A DNA stretch of 64,000 nt from Oscillospiraceae bacterium. Its GTDB lineage: Bacteria > Bacillota > Clostridia > Oscillospirales > CAG-272. The position numbers and the translations under genes were made by a program. Below the pieces are notes generated by a model. That model searched no databases and was not told the DNA's origin. It worked only from the letters and a program-made list of their open reading frames with translations. Positions 56,480 to 64,000 of this stretch are shown piece after piece (position 1 is the first letter of the stretch; each line of letters begins with the position of its first letter). The stretch covers positions 315 through 64,314 of the forward strand of contig SVRL01000003.1 in the NCBI GenBank assembly GCA_015064845.1, read 5' to 3'.

Positions 56480-58153
56480 ATGCCGAACAAAGAAAACATC
56501 GATGCGTTTTGGGATATTGAAGATCTGATCCCACAGCGTCCGAAGAAAACCGTCGCAAGCCCCGTGCATACGGATATTTGCGCGGAGGAGATCGTTTTGA
56601 CTTCCGAAAAAGAGCAAGGCGGAGAACGAATTCCCTCACGTACGGAAAATCCGATCAAAAAAGAAGAAAAATTGAGGGTAATCAGAGAATATTCCCCGAA
56701 GCACAGTCTGATTCAAAGCGTGCGTATTTTGCCGTGGCCGACATCTTTTGAATTTTATACGAAATTCCGAAAGGACGCCATTCGGTATTTTGATCTGACG
56801 CATGAGCCTTGTGAATACGTATATTTCTTTTCCTATATGCCGCAGTATGAGCAAATGACCGTTTCGCAGATGTCGTATTATCTTTATTGGCGTTCTGAAG
56901 CAAGGAAAGGAAATTATTTGAAAACGGATATCAATTATCTGTTTCTGTATGTGGATGAAATTATCAATCTTCCCGAAAAGATTTTACCGAGGGAAGGCGC
57001 GTTGATCTTATCCCGACTTTGGAAAACGTATCGCAGAGAATTTCTTTATCTGGATAAATATTTCGGGGAATGGCTTTGCGATTACTGCCTGATTCACGAT
57101 GTTTCTCCCGATTGGGATGTTTTACGGGATTTTGCAGGGGATATTGCGGGAAAGATTTCTCTGCCTGAATTTTATATGCGGGACGGATTGCTTTCCTGGG
57201 GATTGATTTCCGCTGTTTCTTCATATGATTATAAAAAAAGCAAATATTACGAACAATATGCCGAAGAATATGACAGACATATTCCGAAAGCGGTGGAAGC
57301 GGCTGTAAACGGGGTAATTATGAAAAATCCCGAGGCGTTTGGTATTACCGCAGTGAAAACGATCAGAGACAGTTATGCGGGGGCGGTTGCTTCCAACAAA
57401 GCGAAATTTAAGATCGAGATCTCACGTTACGCCATTCGAAAAAGCGCTTCCAAAGGAGAGCAGGATTTAAAACAGGTTTTCGGCAATCTGATCAAGTTGG
57501 CGGAAAATCGGATTCGGATGTATTTCGGAATCAAATCCCGCTTTTCTCCTACAGGGGTGGATTCTCGCATGAAAGAAGAGATTTCATCATATTTTCATGC
57601 GGTATATCCTGAACAGACCCGTAAAAAGCAAAACAAAAACGAGGAAGAAGAAGCTTATATGGCGCTTTATGAGCCGAAGCAGACGGGAAAAGCGGATATT
57701 GAACGCGCACTTGCCATTGAAGAACAGGCGTGGGAAACGGCGGAATTGCTTTCTGCGGAAGAGGATGAAGAGATGGCTTTTGAGCCGATCTTTGAAGAAC
57801 AGAAAATTACCTTTTCTCTTGCTGAAGAAAAAACGGTTGAAGAAGAAACGGCAACACAAAATCCGTTATCTTCCGAATTTTCTTTTTCGTTTGAAAATCC
57901 GAATGATATGAATGGAGATTTTGCGTTTATTCAAACGGTTTTTTCGGAAGAACAAAGAGAAGCGCTTCGCGCGGCGGCAGAAGGCAGATTTTTGGAATAT
58001 TGCCGAATGCTCGGTAAGATGGCAGACCATGTGCGCGGAGAGCTCAATGAAATTGCGATGGAAGCCATTGACGATATGATTCTGGAAGAAGATTTTTCTC
58101 CTGTTTCGGACTATTTGGATGAAATGAAAGCGATGTTATATACGGATAAATGA
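56480..58153 (+). CDS. TerB-N plus TerB-C domain protein
   Basis: YFFSYMPQYEQMTVSQMSYYLYWRSEARKGNYLKTDINYLFLYVDEIINL (TerB-N hallmark). Acidic linker. C-terminal LNEIAMEAIDDMILEEDFSPVSDYLDEM (TerB-C-like). GGAGGGA RBS. Confidence 0.85.
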   Translation: MPNKENIDAFWDIEDLIPQRPKKTVASPVHTDICAEEIVLTSEKEQGGERIPSRTENPIKKEEKLRVIREYSPKHSLIQSVRILPWPTSFEFYTKFRKDAIRYFDLTHEPCEYVYFFSYMPQYEQMTVSQMSYYLYWRSEARKGNYLKTDINYLFLYVDEIINLPEKILPREGALILSRLWKTYRREFLYLDKYFGEWLCDYCLIHDVSPDWDVLRDFAGDIAGKISLPEFYMRDGLLSWGLISAVSSYDYKKSKYYEQYAEEYDRHIPKAVEAAVNGVIMKNPEAFGITAVKTIRDSYAGAVASNKAKFKIEISRYAIRKSASKGEQDLKQVFGNLIKLAENRIRMYFGIKSRFSPTGVDSRMKEEISSYFHAVYPEQTRKKQNKNEEEEAYMALYEPKQTGKADIERALAIEEQAWETAELLSAEEDEEMAFEPIFEEQKITFSLAEEKTVEEETATQNPLSSEFSFSFENPNDMNGDFAFIQTVFSEEQREALRAAAEGRFLEYCRMLGKMADHVRGELNEIAMEAIDDMILEEDFSPVSDYLDEMKAMLYTDK

Positions 58154-58215
58154 GATTGGATTCTTGCCTTGCAACCGCAAAAGCGGGATGGAGAGCAAGC
58201 GAAAGGAAAAACAAT

Positions 58216-59562
58216 ATGGATGAAATGAATTTGATTAAAATTCCGAAAAGGGTTTTGAATGCTTTGCTGTCTTCCATGGCGGCGGGCGTTGTACCGCGAG
58301 CGGGCGCAAAGTATATTGCGATTGGAAGAACGGCGGAGATCACGGCGATTTGCAAGGATTTGGAAAACGTAAGCGAGGGCGGCTCGGCAACCCGTTTTCT
58401 GATCGGTAAATACGGAAGCGGTAAAAGCTTTTTGATTCAGCTTATGCGCGGTTACGCGGTGGAACGCGGTTTTGTTTGTGCGGATGCGGATCTTTCTCCC
58501 GAACGCAGACTTTCTTCTTCGGGCGGCGGCGGTCTTGCCACTTACCGCGAGCTTGTAAAAAATCTTTCCACGAAATCTTCGCCCGACGGCGGCGCGCTTT
58601 CACAGATGATTTCCAAATGGCTTTCCGATATTCAATATGCCGTAACACAGGACGGAATCTATCCCGAATCGCCTGTTTTCGAAAAAGAGGTTTCCGCGAG
58701 AATCTATGCGGTTCTGCGTGAGATTGAAACGGGTGTCGGCGCATTTGATTTTGCGCGTGTGATCGACAGCTATTACCGCGCGTGGAAGGAAGGCGACGAG
58801 CGCCGTCAGAGCGATTGTCTGCGTTGGCTTCGCGGTGAATTTACGACGAAAACGGAAGCAAGAGCGGCACTTTCCGTTTCGGGTATCATCAACGACGATA
58901 ACTGGTATGATTATATCAAATTGCTCGCTGCGTTTTCGAGAAAGATCGGTTACGGCGGTCTGGTTATTTTCATTGATGAATGTGTCAATCTCTATAAGAT
59001 TCCCAACCGTGTTTCAAGAGAAAACAATTATGAAAAGATTCTTTCGATATTCAATGATACTTTGCAGGGCAAAGCGGAAGGCTTGGAGATTATTTTTGCG
59101 GGTACGCCGCAATTTCTGGAAGATACGAGAAGAGGGCTTTTCAGCTATGAAGCGCTCCGTTCCCGCTTGGTTGATAATATGTTCGGCAGAGAAGCGGCGG
59201 CGGTTTCCGCAAGCGGTCAGATGTTCGGACCCATTATGCGTCTTGCCCGTCTTTCCGATGATGAGCTTCTTGCATTGCTTGCCCGTGTAACCGTTCTTTT
59301 CAAGCGCGGATACGGAAACGTTGACGTAAAACCTGAAGAAATGAGAGATTTTCTTTATTATATGCTTGACCGCGCAGGCGCGGATACGATGATTACACCG
59401 AGAGAAATTATCCGCGCTTATCTGACGGCGTTGGGTATGGTTTTGCAAAGCGGCGGGAAGATGCGTTTGCTTGATATCTATCGGAAAGAAAGTGCTTTTG
59501 CCGAGGAACCGAAAGAGAAAAGCAAACCGACTGATTTTGATCCCGAGGACATTGAATTTTAA
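58216..59562 (+). CDS. DUF2791/BrxD-like P-loop ATPase
   Basis: AAGVVPRAGAKYIAIGRTAEI...RFLIGKYGSGKSF (Walker A). ATG 58216 has a GAAAGGA RBS. An alternative ATG at 58150 overlaps the upstream stop. Confidence 0.85.
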   Translation: MDEMNLIKIPKRVLNALLSSMAAGVVPRAGAKYIAIGRTAEITAICKDLENVSEGGSATRFLIGKYGSGKSFLIQLMRGYAVERGFVCADADLSPERRLSSSGGGGLATYRELVKNLSTKSSPDGGALSQMISKWLSDIQYAVTQDGIYPESPVFEKEVSARIYAVLREIETGVGAFDFARVIDSYYRAWKEGDERRQSDCLRWLRGEFTTKTEARAALSVSGIINDDNWYDYIKLLAAFSRKIGYGGLVIFIDECVNLYKIPNRVSRENNYEKILSIFNDTLQGKAEGLEIIFAGTPQFLEDTRRGLFSYEALRSRLVDNMFGREAAAVSASGQMFGPIMRLARLSDDELLALLARVTVLFKRGYGNVDVKPEEMRDFLYYMLDRAGADTMITPREIIRAYLTALGMVLQSGGKMRLLDIYRKESAFAEEPKEKSKPTDFDPEDIEF

Positions 59563-59573
59563 GGAGGACAAGG

Positions 59574-60890
59574 ATGAAAAGACAAGAGCTTGATATGGAA
59601 GCTTGGCAAGAAAGGGAAGCGCAAAAAGAGCGCAGAAGACAAAAGAAGCGCGCGCTGAGATTGGCTCGTATTGCAAAATGGGACCCTGTCCGTTTCCGTT
59701 ACGGACGTATTGTCCGCCATCTGATTTTCTATTTTGTTTTTATTATGGCTGTGAAGGCAACCGCAAACCCCGTTTCGGTCGATGATCCCGATTTTATGGT
59801 CCGATGCGGCGCATCGGCACTCGCTATGCTGATTTCATTTATTTTTCTGGACGGTGTTTTTGTTCTTTACGATCCGACCGCGCGCAGACGTTTTTGCCAT
59901 GAACCGCCGAAAGAAACGGGCATTTTTTCCGAATGGAAATTTGCGCTTTGTTCCTATGAATTTTTGTCTAAAATGGTAACGCTTGCAATTCTTCCCTCGT
60001 TTTGGAGTACGTCATACTTTCTTTATCCGCTTGCCATATTTTTTAACCGAATCGAATTTTCGCGCTGGGAGATATGGGGACTTTATCTTTTGACGGTATT
60101 GCCGATCATGGCAGTCATTGACCTTTTTATGCGTGTGCGGACGAGAAGATATTGGCGTGACTTGGATGAGGAAGAAGCAATTGATAAACGGTTTGACTTT
60201 TTGGCTATGATCTGGCTTTGTGTTTTGATTATTTTCGGTGTCGGATTTGTCGGATTTTACTTTACGGCAACGGGGCTGTTGATTGGAATTTTGTTTATGC
60301 CGGGCGTTTGGCTGACGATTGTCAGTGTCATTTTGGCACTCTTTTTACTGCACTATATCCGCGCATTCTGGATTCGGGCGCGGTTTATCAAAAATTTGAA
60401 AAAAGTCTGTAAAGAGGAAGGCGCGGAGCTTTTACGCATCGCACATCCTTACCGTTCGATTTTCATCAAAAAAAGGAATGCGTATGAATTTACGATCAAG
60501 GTGAACGGAAAAACCTATGCTTGCAAAATGATCAGCGCAATTTTCAAGAGTGTGCCCATGATTTTCTGCGATAAAGAATCCGGCTATTTCAAATTTGGTA
60601 TACAGGTTCGAAAAAATGACCTTTTTACTTTCAGATCTTGGTTTACACACGGATTTGAAGCGCCTGAGGCAGATCAGAAAATTCTGATCGTGAATCCTGC
60701 GCCTCATAGGATGAAAGCCATTCAGCTTTATACGGCGTTTTCTTCGGAAAATTCTGCTTTCGTAACGGAGGGAAAATACGAACGAATGCTGGACAACGCA
60801 TCTTCGGTATACGATGCCACGGTTTTTTCGGGAAACGGTTTTCTCAACGCTGTGAAAAGGAACTGCCTTGATAAAAGAGACGACGGTTGA
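59574..60890 (+). CDS. polytopic membrane protein with basic N-terminus and ~170-aa C-terminal soluble domain, unknown function
   Basis: AAGGAGGA RBS, 11 nt after the upstream stop. About 6-7 hydrophobic helices between residues ~47 and ~265. No motif recognised in the tail. Confidence 0.8.
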   Translation: MKRQELDMEAWQEREAQKERRRQKKRALRLARIAKWDPVRFRYGRIVRHLIFYFVFIMAVKATANPVSVDDPDFMVRCGASALAMLISFIFLDGVFVLYDPTARRRFCHEPPKETGIFSEWKFALCSYEFLSKMVTLAILPSFWSTSYFLYPLAIFFNRIEFSRWEIWGLYLLTVLPIMAVIDLFMRVRTRRYWRDLDEEEAIDKRFDFLAMIWLCVLIIFGVGFVGFYFTATGLLIGILFMPGVWLTIVSVILALFLLHYIRAFWIRARFIKNLKKVCKEEGAELLRIAHPYRSIFIKKRNAYEFTIKVNGKTYACKMISAIFKSVPMIFCDKESGYFKFGIQVRKNDLFTFRSWFTHGFEAPEADQKILIVNPAPHRMKAIQLYTAFSSENSAFVTEGKYERMLDNASSVYDATVFSGNGFLNAVKRNCLDKRDDG

Positions 60891-60894
60891 GTTT

Positions 60895-60935
60895 TTAGCC
60901 GAAAGCGAATTTCGCTTTCGGCTAAAATATTTTTG
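60895..60935 (+). terminator. probable terminator (15-bp perfect palindrome)
   Basis: TTAGCCGAAAGCGAA (60895-60909) / TTCGCTTTCGGCTAA (60911-60925). The T-run comes after a 5-nt gap. Confidence 0.6.
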
Positions 60936-61025
60936 AAAATTTTGAAACCTTTTCGTTTTTTTTACGATATAGATGTATGAAAGGTTCATTTGAACTTTTT
61001 GAAATGCAAAGAAACGGAGGGGAAA

Positions 61026-61580
61026 ATGGAAGACAAAGAGATTGTGGCGCTTTTTTGGAAGCGGGATGAAAATGCAGTTGAAGAAACGGCAAAAAAATAC
61101 GGAAATTACTGTTATAGTATAGCATATCAGATTCTTGAAAATCACGAAGATTCCGAAGAAAGTGTCAACGATACGTATATCGATGCATGGAATTCCATTC
61201 CTCCGCACAAACCATCGGTGCTTTCGGCGTTTCTGGGAAAAATCACGCGTCGTATTGCCATTGACCGATGGAGAAACCGCAGAGCGGAAAAACGCGGAGG
61301 AGGAGAGCCTTTGCTCGTTTTGGATGAATTACGGGAATGCATTGCAACCGATAGTGATGTTGAAACGAATCTGGAGCGGAAAGTTTTGGTTCAGACGGTG
61401 AATGCTTTTTTGGGAACGTTATCCGCTACGGAAAGAAAAATGTTTGTTTGCCGATATTTTTATATGGATTCCGTGGAATCCGTATGCAAACAATTCGGAT
61501 TTTCGGAAAGCAAGGTAAAATCCATGCTTTTCCGAACGAGAGAAAAATTGCGTATTTATTTGCAGAAGGAGGGATTTTAA
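61026..61580 (+). CDS. sigma-70-family (ECF-type) RNA polymerase sigma factor
   Basis: Region 2 (HEDSEESVNDTYIDAWNSIPP) and region 4 (...FGFSESKVKSMLFRTREKLR). GGAGGGG RBS. Confidence 0.88.
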   Translation: MEDKEIVALFWKRDENAVEETAKKYGNYCYSIAYQILENHEDSEESVNDTYIDAWNSIPPHKPSVLSAFLGKITRRIAIDRWRNRRAEKRGGGEPLLVLDELRECIATDSDVETNLERKVLVQTVNAFLGTLSATERKMFVCRYFYMDSVESVCKQFGFSESKVKSMLFRTREKLRIYLQKEGF

Positions 61581-62134
61581 TGAAAGTGGATGAGTTTTTG
61601 GATGCCATTGGAGAAATTGACGATTTTTATTTGAAAGAAGCAAAAGAAAAACCAAACCGAAGAAAAATCACATGGGTGGGAATCGGTTCTCTTGCCGCTT
61701 GTTTCCTTCTCGTTCTTTTTCTGCCCTACGGATTTTTGCACAGAATTGCTTTGAATGATGCGGAAGCCAATTATGCGCCGAAAGATTACACTCAATTTTT
61801 GGTTTATTATGTGGATGGAGAGAACCTTTCTCATTTTACCTATGAAATTCACGGCGGTCATGAGGAAATGTTTTTCGCTTGGAAGAATCAAAACGGAATC
61901 AGCGAAGACGTTTTACTGAAAGATATTGATTTGCAAGTGAAAATTCAAGAAGACTGTGGTAATCCGACCGATTCTCCCGTCATGGAATATATTCTCCGTG
62001 TTGAAATATCTTCTTCTTTTGCGGATTATATGGAAAAAGATAATGCGGCGCTTTTGTTGGAATCCTTGAAAAAAACGGTTGCTTCCTATACGGGTGTGAA
62101 AGTTTCGGATATCAAATGGATTCTCGTTGAATAA
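61580..62134 (+). CDS. putative anti-sigma factor / membrane-anchored partner
   Basis: TAATG overlap with the sigma gene. A short cytoplasmic N-terminus, one TM (WVGIGSLAACFLLVLFLP) and an extracytoplasmic domain. Confidence 0.62.
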   Translation: MKVDEFLDAIGEIDDFYLKEAKEKPNRRKITWVGIGSLAACFLLVLFLPYGFLHRIALNDAEANYAPKDYTQFLVYYVDGENLSHFTYEIHGGHEEMFFAWKNQNGISEDVLLKDIDLQVKIQEDCGNPTDSPVMEYILRVEISSSFADYMEKDNAALLLESLKKTVASYTGVKVSDIKWILVE

Positions 62135-62156
62135 CGATCGGAAAGGAGAATCTTTT

Positions 62157-62525
62157 ATGAAAAAGAAAATATGTATTACCGTTTCGGTGTGTGTTCTGGT
62201 TTTCGGATTGATTTTTCTCGGCGTGATGGCATCCCTGAACTACGGTTATAGCGAGGGGCGTGTTCTGATTGCCGATAGCGGCGCTTATTTTATTATTTTG
62301 AATGACCATTCTCCGATCCGCATGACTGACCGTTCTTTGAGCGGCGGTTTATTCGGCGATTTACAAACGGGAGACCGCATTTGTGTGGTTCACGGCAGCA
62401 TTCAGGAATCTTATCCCGGAAATACTGCGGTGTATTATCTCCGCCGTCTTGAAAAAGGAACCGTGGAGGACGTTTTTCCCGATGTCATTCATACGTTGAC
62501 GGAACTTGGTTGGTTTGAAAAATGA
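62157..62525 (+). CDS. hypothetical membrane-anchored/secreted small protein
   Basis: ATG 62157 with RBS GAAAGGAGA. N-terminal signal or anchor (ICITVSVCVLVFGLIFLGVMA). Confidence 0.62.
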   Translation: MKKKICITVSVCVLVFGLIFLGVMASLNYGYSEGRVLIADSGAYFIILNDHSPIRMTDRSLSGGLFGDLQTGDRICVVHGSIQESYPGNTAVYYLRRLEKGTVEDVFPDVIHTLTELGWFEK

Positions 62526-62546
62526 TATAGAAAAAACGTCTGATTT

Positions 62547-62578
62547 CGGCAGAGATATTGTTTTCTCTGCCGATTTTT
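62547..62578 (+). terminator. Rho-independent terminator
   Basis: CGGCAGAGA (62547-55) / TCTCTGCCG (62564-72) followed by aTTTTT. Confidence 0.8.
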
Positions 62579-62681
62579 GCTATAATAAAGTTGGTAAGAA
62601 CGAGACGGAAAGAGAGAATAGTGTCTCAAAAGCCCTCTTCGTCAACCTTTGGTTGTCACCTCTTCCTGAGTAAGGGGTTTT
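62579..62681 (+). ncRNA. candidate small RNA or leader (unclassified)
   Basis: Extended -10 TGcTATAAT (TATAAT at 62581-86). Hairpins GAGAC (62602-06) / GTCTC (62623-27) and CAACC (62643-47) / GGTTG (62651-55). Terminator-like CCTCTT (62659-64) / AAGGGG (62672-77) plus TTTT. No ORF. Confidence 0.25.
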
Positions 62682-62759
62682 AAATTGGTTTGCTAAATTC
62701 TTGCTTATCTTATAAAAATAAAAAGTAAATCCTGTTGCTGTGTTATAAAAAAATAACTC

Positions 62760-62789
62760 TTGACAGTAATTATATTGTTATGTTATACT
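62760..62789 (+). promoter_or_regulatory. sigma-A-type promoter for the AT-rich terminal ORF
   Basis: TTGACA (62760-65), 18-nt spacer, TATACT (62784-89), about 40 nt upstream of ATG 62832. Confidence 0.5.
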
Positions 62790-62831
62790 TAATCTGAATA
62801 TAGGCGTAAAATGATTTGAGGAGGAAAAATA

Positions 62832-64000
62832 ATGGATGATTTAACAAGAAAAAACAAAGCATCACTTTCAAAATCTGCAATTGCAACTTATGTACATGAT
62901 ATTGAGGAATTAGAAAAACATGAATTTACTTTGAGAAAAACAGTGGATGAGTGTTTGAATGAAGTACGATACTTGCAACAAAAAAGTGATAGAGATTTAC
63001 AGAATAGAGAAAGAGATTATGAATCCTTAAATAATAAATATTTAACAATAGCGGAGCAAAAACAGCAAATGCAGGCGGAATTAAATAAAGAAATAACCAT
63101 GAAAAGAGAAATTGAAGAAAAAAGAGCTTCTTTGAAATTGGTTAGTGCTCCGCTAAAACCTGTAGAAGTAAAAGGAGATGAGAAACTGTATTATTATGAT
63201 ACAGGCAAAAGCTGTCTTTTTGCATTGCTTAGAATGGTAGTGTTTTTATGTTTATTTGCCTTGGGGGCATGTTTAGTACAGGATGATTCAGATTTCCCGA
63301 TATTCTTTACAATTTATATAAGTGCTAGCATTATATTTCTTATTATAAATATATTCCGGATAGCATATGTGAAGAAGCAAGAGGAAGCAGAACACAATGA
63401 ATTTTTAAAACGAAAGAAATCATATGAAACATTATATCAAAATTATTGTAAAAAATTAGATGAGCATCGGGAATACCTTGATTCTGTAAATGCCTATACA
63501 GAGCAGTTAGAAAAGTCAGAAAACACGATTACGAGATGGAATAAAAAAATTTCCGAAGCAGATCAAAATTTGAATGCGACTTTGATAGGAAGAGATAATG
63601 CAAAAAAAGCATTGGAAACAGCAGAAATTGAAAAGAAAAATTCGATTTTGAAAATTGCCCTTATAAAAAAAACAGCTGAATTTTTGGATATAAAAGCAGA
63701 AGAAATACTCAAGCAAAAACAAGAACTTTATGAGTTTGGAATTATTCCTCCTGATTATAGGATGTTTGATTGTGTGCTTCAATTCGATCAAATTTTTCGT
63801 AACGATTTGGCAGATACTATGCGTGAGGCTGTAAAAATCTACGAAGAACGTGTCTTTCGTAACGAAATCGTTCGAGGCATTGATAGAATTTATAATATGC
63901 TTCTTAGTATTAGGGATACGATGTATGGTGTGGGAATAGTGCTTTCCAGTATAAAAAATGAAGTTCACTTGATGAGCCAAAATATTGCATCGATTGCGGA
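62832..64000 (+). CDS. coiled-coil membrane protein, unknown function (partial; continues past window end)
   Basis: Hand translation from ATG 62832 (RBS GAGGAGG) gives 389 codons with no stop: MDDLTRKNKASLSKSAIATYVHDIEELEKHEF... Two TM helices (LFALLRMVVFLCLFALGACLV and FPIFFTIYISASIIFLIINIF) are flanked by long heptad-rich segments. Not in the ORF track because it has no stop. Confidence 0.8.
   Translation, partial: MDDLTRKNKASLSKSAIATYVHDIEELEKHEFTLRKTVDECLNEVRYLQQKSDRDLQNRERDYESLNNKYLTIAEQKQQMQAELNKEITMKREIEEKRASLKLVSAPLKPVEVKGDEKLYYYDTGKSCLFALLRMVVFLCLFALGACLVQDDSDFPIFFTIYISASIIFLIINIFRIAYVKKQEEAEHNEFLKRKKSYETLYQNYCKKLDEHREYLDSVNAYTEQLEKSENTITRWNKKISEADQNLNATLIGRDNAKKALETAEIEKKNSILKIALIKKTAEFLDIKAEEILKQKQELYEFGIIPPDYRMFDCVLQFDQIFRNDLADTMREAVKIYEERVFRNEIVRGIDRIYNMLLSIRDTMYGVGIVLSSIKNEVHLMSQNIASIA

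Noticed and set aside
58150-58215. Upstream ATG 58150 (ATGA overlap with the TerB gene stop) as the start of the ATPase
   Set aside because: The first 22 codons (MRLDSCLATAKAGWRASERKNN) are not family-like, and ATG 58216 has a good GAAAGGA RBS. The longer form cannot be fully excluded.
63516-63980. 154-aa minus-strand ORF, the only track entry in the AT-rich end region
   Set aside because: It is antisense to a 389-codon stop-free plus-strand frame that has a strong RBS and promoter. The plus-strand ORF explains the region better.

Overview
Chromosomal segment of a moderate-GC Firmicute, Clostridia-like by gene content (gut Oscillospiraceae/Ruminococcaceae-type). It is mostly housekeeping and envelope genes: an M16 peptidase pair, lgt, folD, DegV plus a lipid kinase, ktrAB/trkAH, a PrsA-like foldase, GT2, a BspA-type LRR lipoprotein, NfeD/SPFH, gltS, a PlsC-like acyltransferase, GH2 and GH78 glycosidases, rubrerythrin, eno, pcp, rpsU-rimM-trmD-murJ, an O-antigen-ligase-like gene, an HPr-like gene, uvrC-rsmD-coaD, and an amidase. 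I saw no rRNA, tRNA, CRISPR array, transposase or integrase. The main observations for follow-up are: (1) a three-gene operon at 56480-60890 encoding a TerB-N/TerB-C protein, a DUF2791/BrxD-like ATPase and a polytopic membrane protein; it looks like a Shango-type defence module with a membrane protein in the helicase position. (2) A family of ~105-nt intergenic elements, each ending in a terminator hairpin, with at least six copies plus a fragment, showing tandem insertion and a compensatory hairpin change. (3) A dense DnaA-box cluster at 31636-31829 with no dnaA or dnaN nearby. (4) A solitary MazF toxin with a C-terminal extension, no adjacent antitoxin ORF, and a highly structured 262-nt upstream region. 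(5) A visibly AT-rich block starting near 62690 that holds a long coiled-coil membrane-protein ORF running off the window end and absent from the ORF track. rpsU (59 aa) is also missing from the track because of its size cutoff. All functional calls rest on motifs read by eye; no database search was run.
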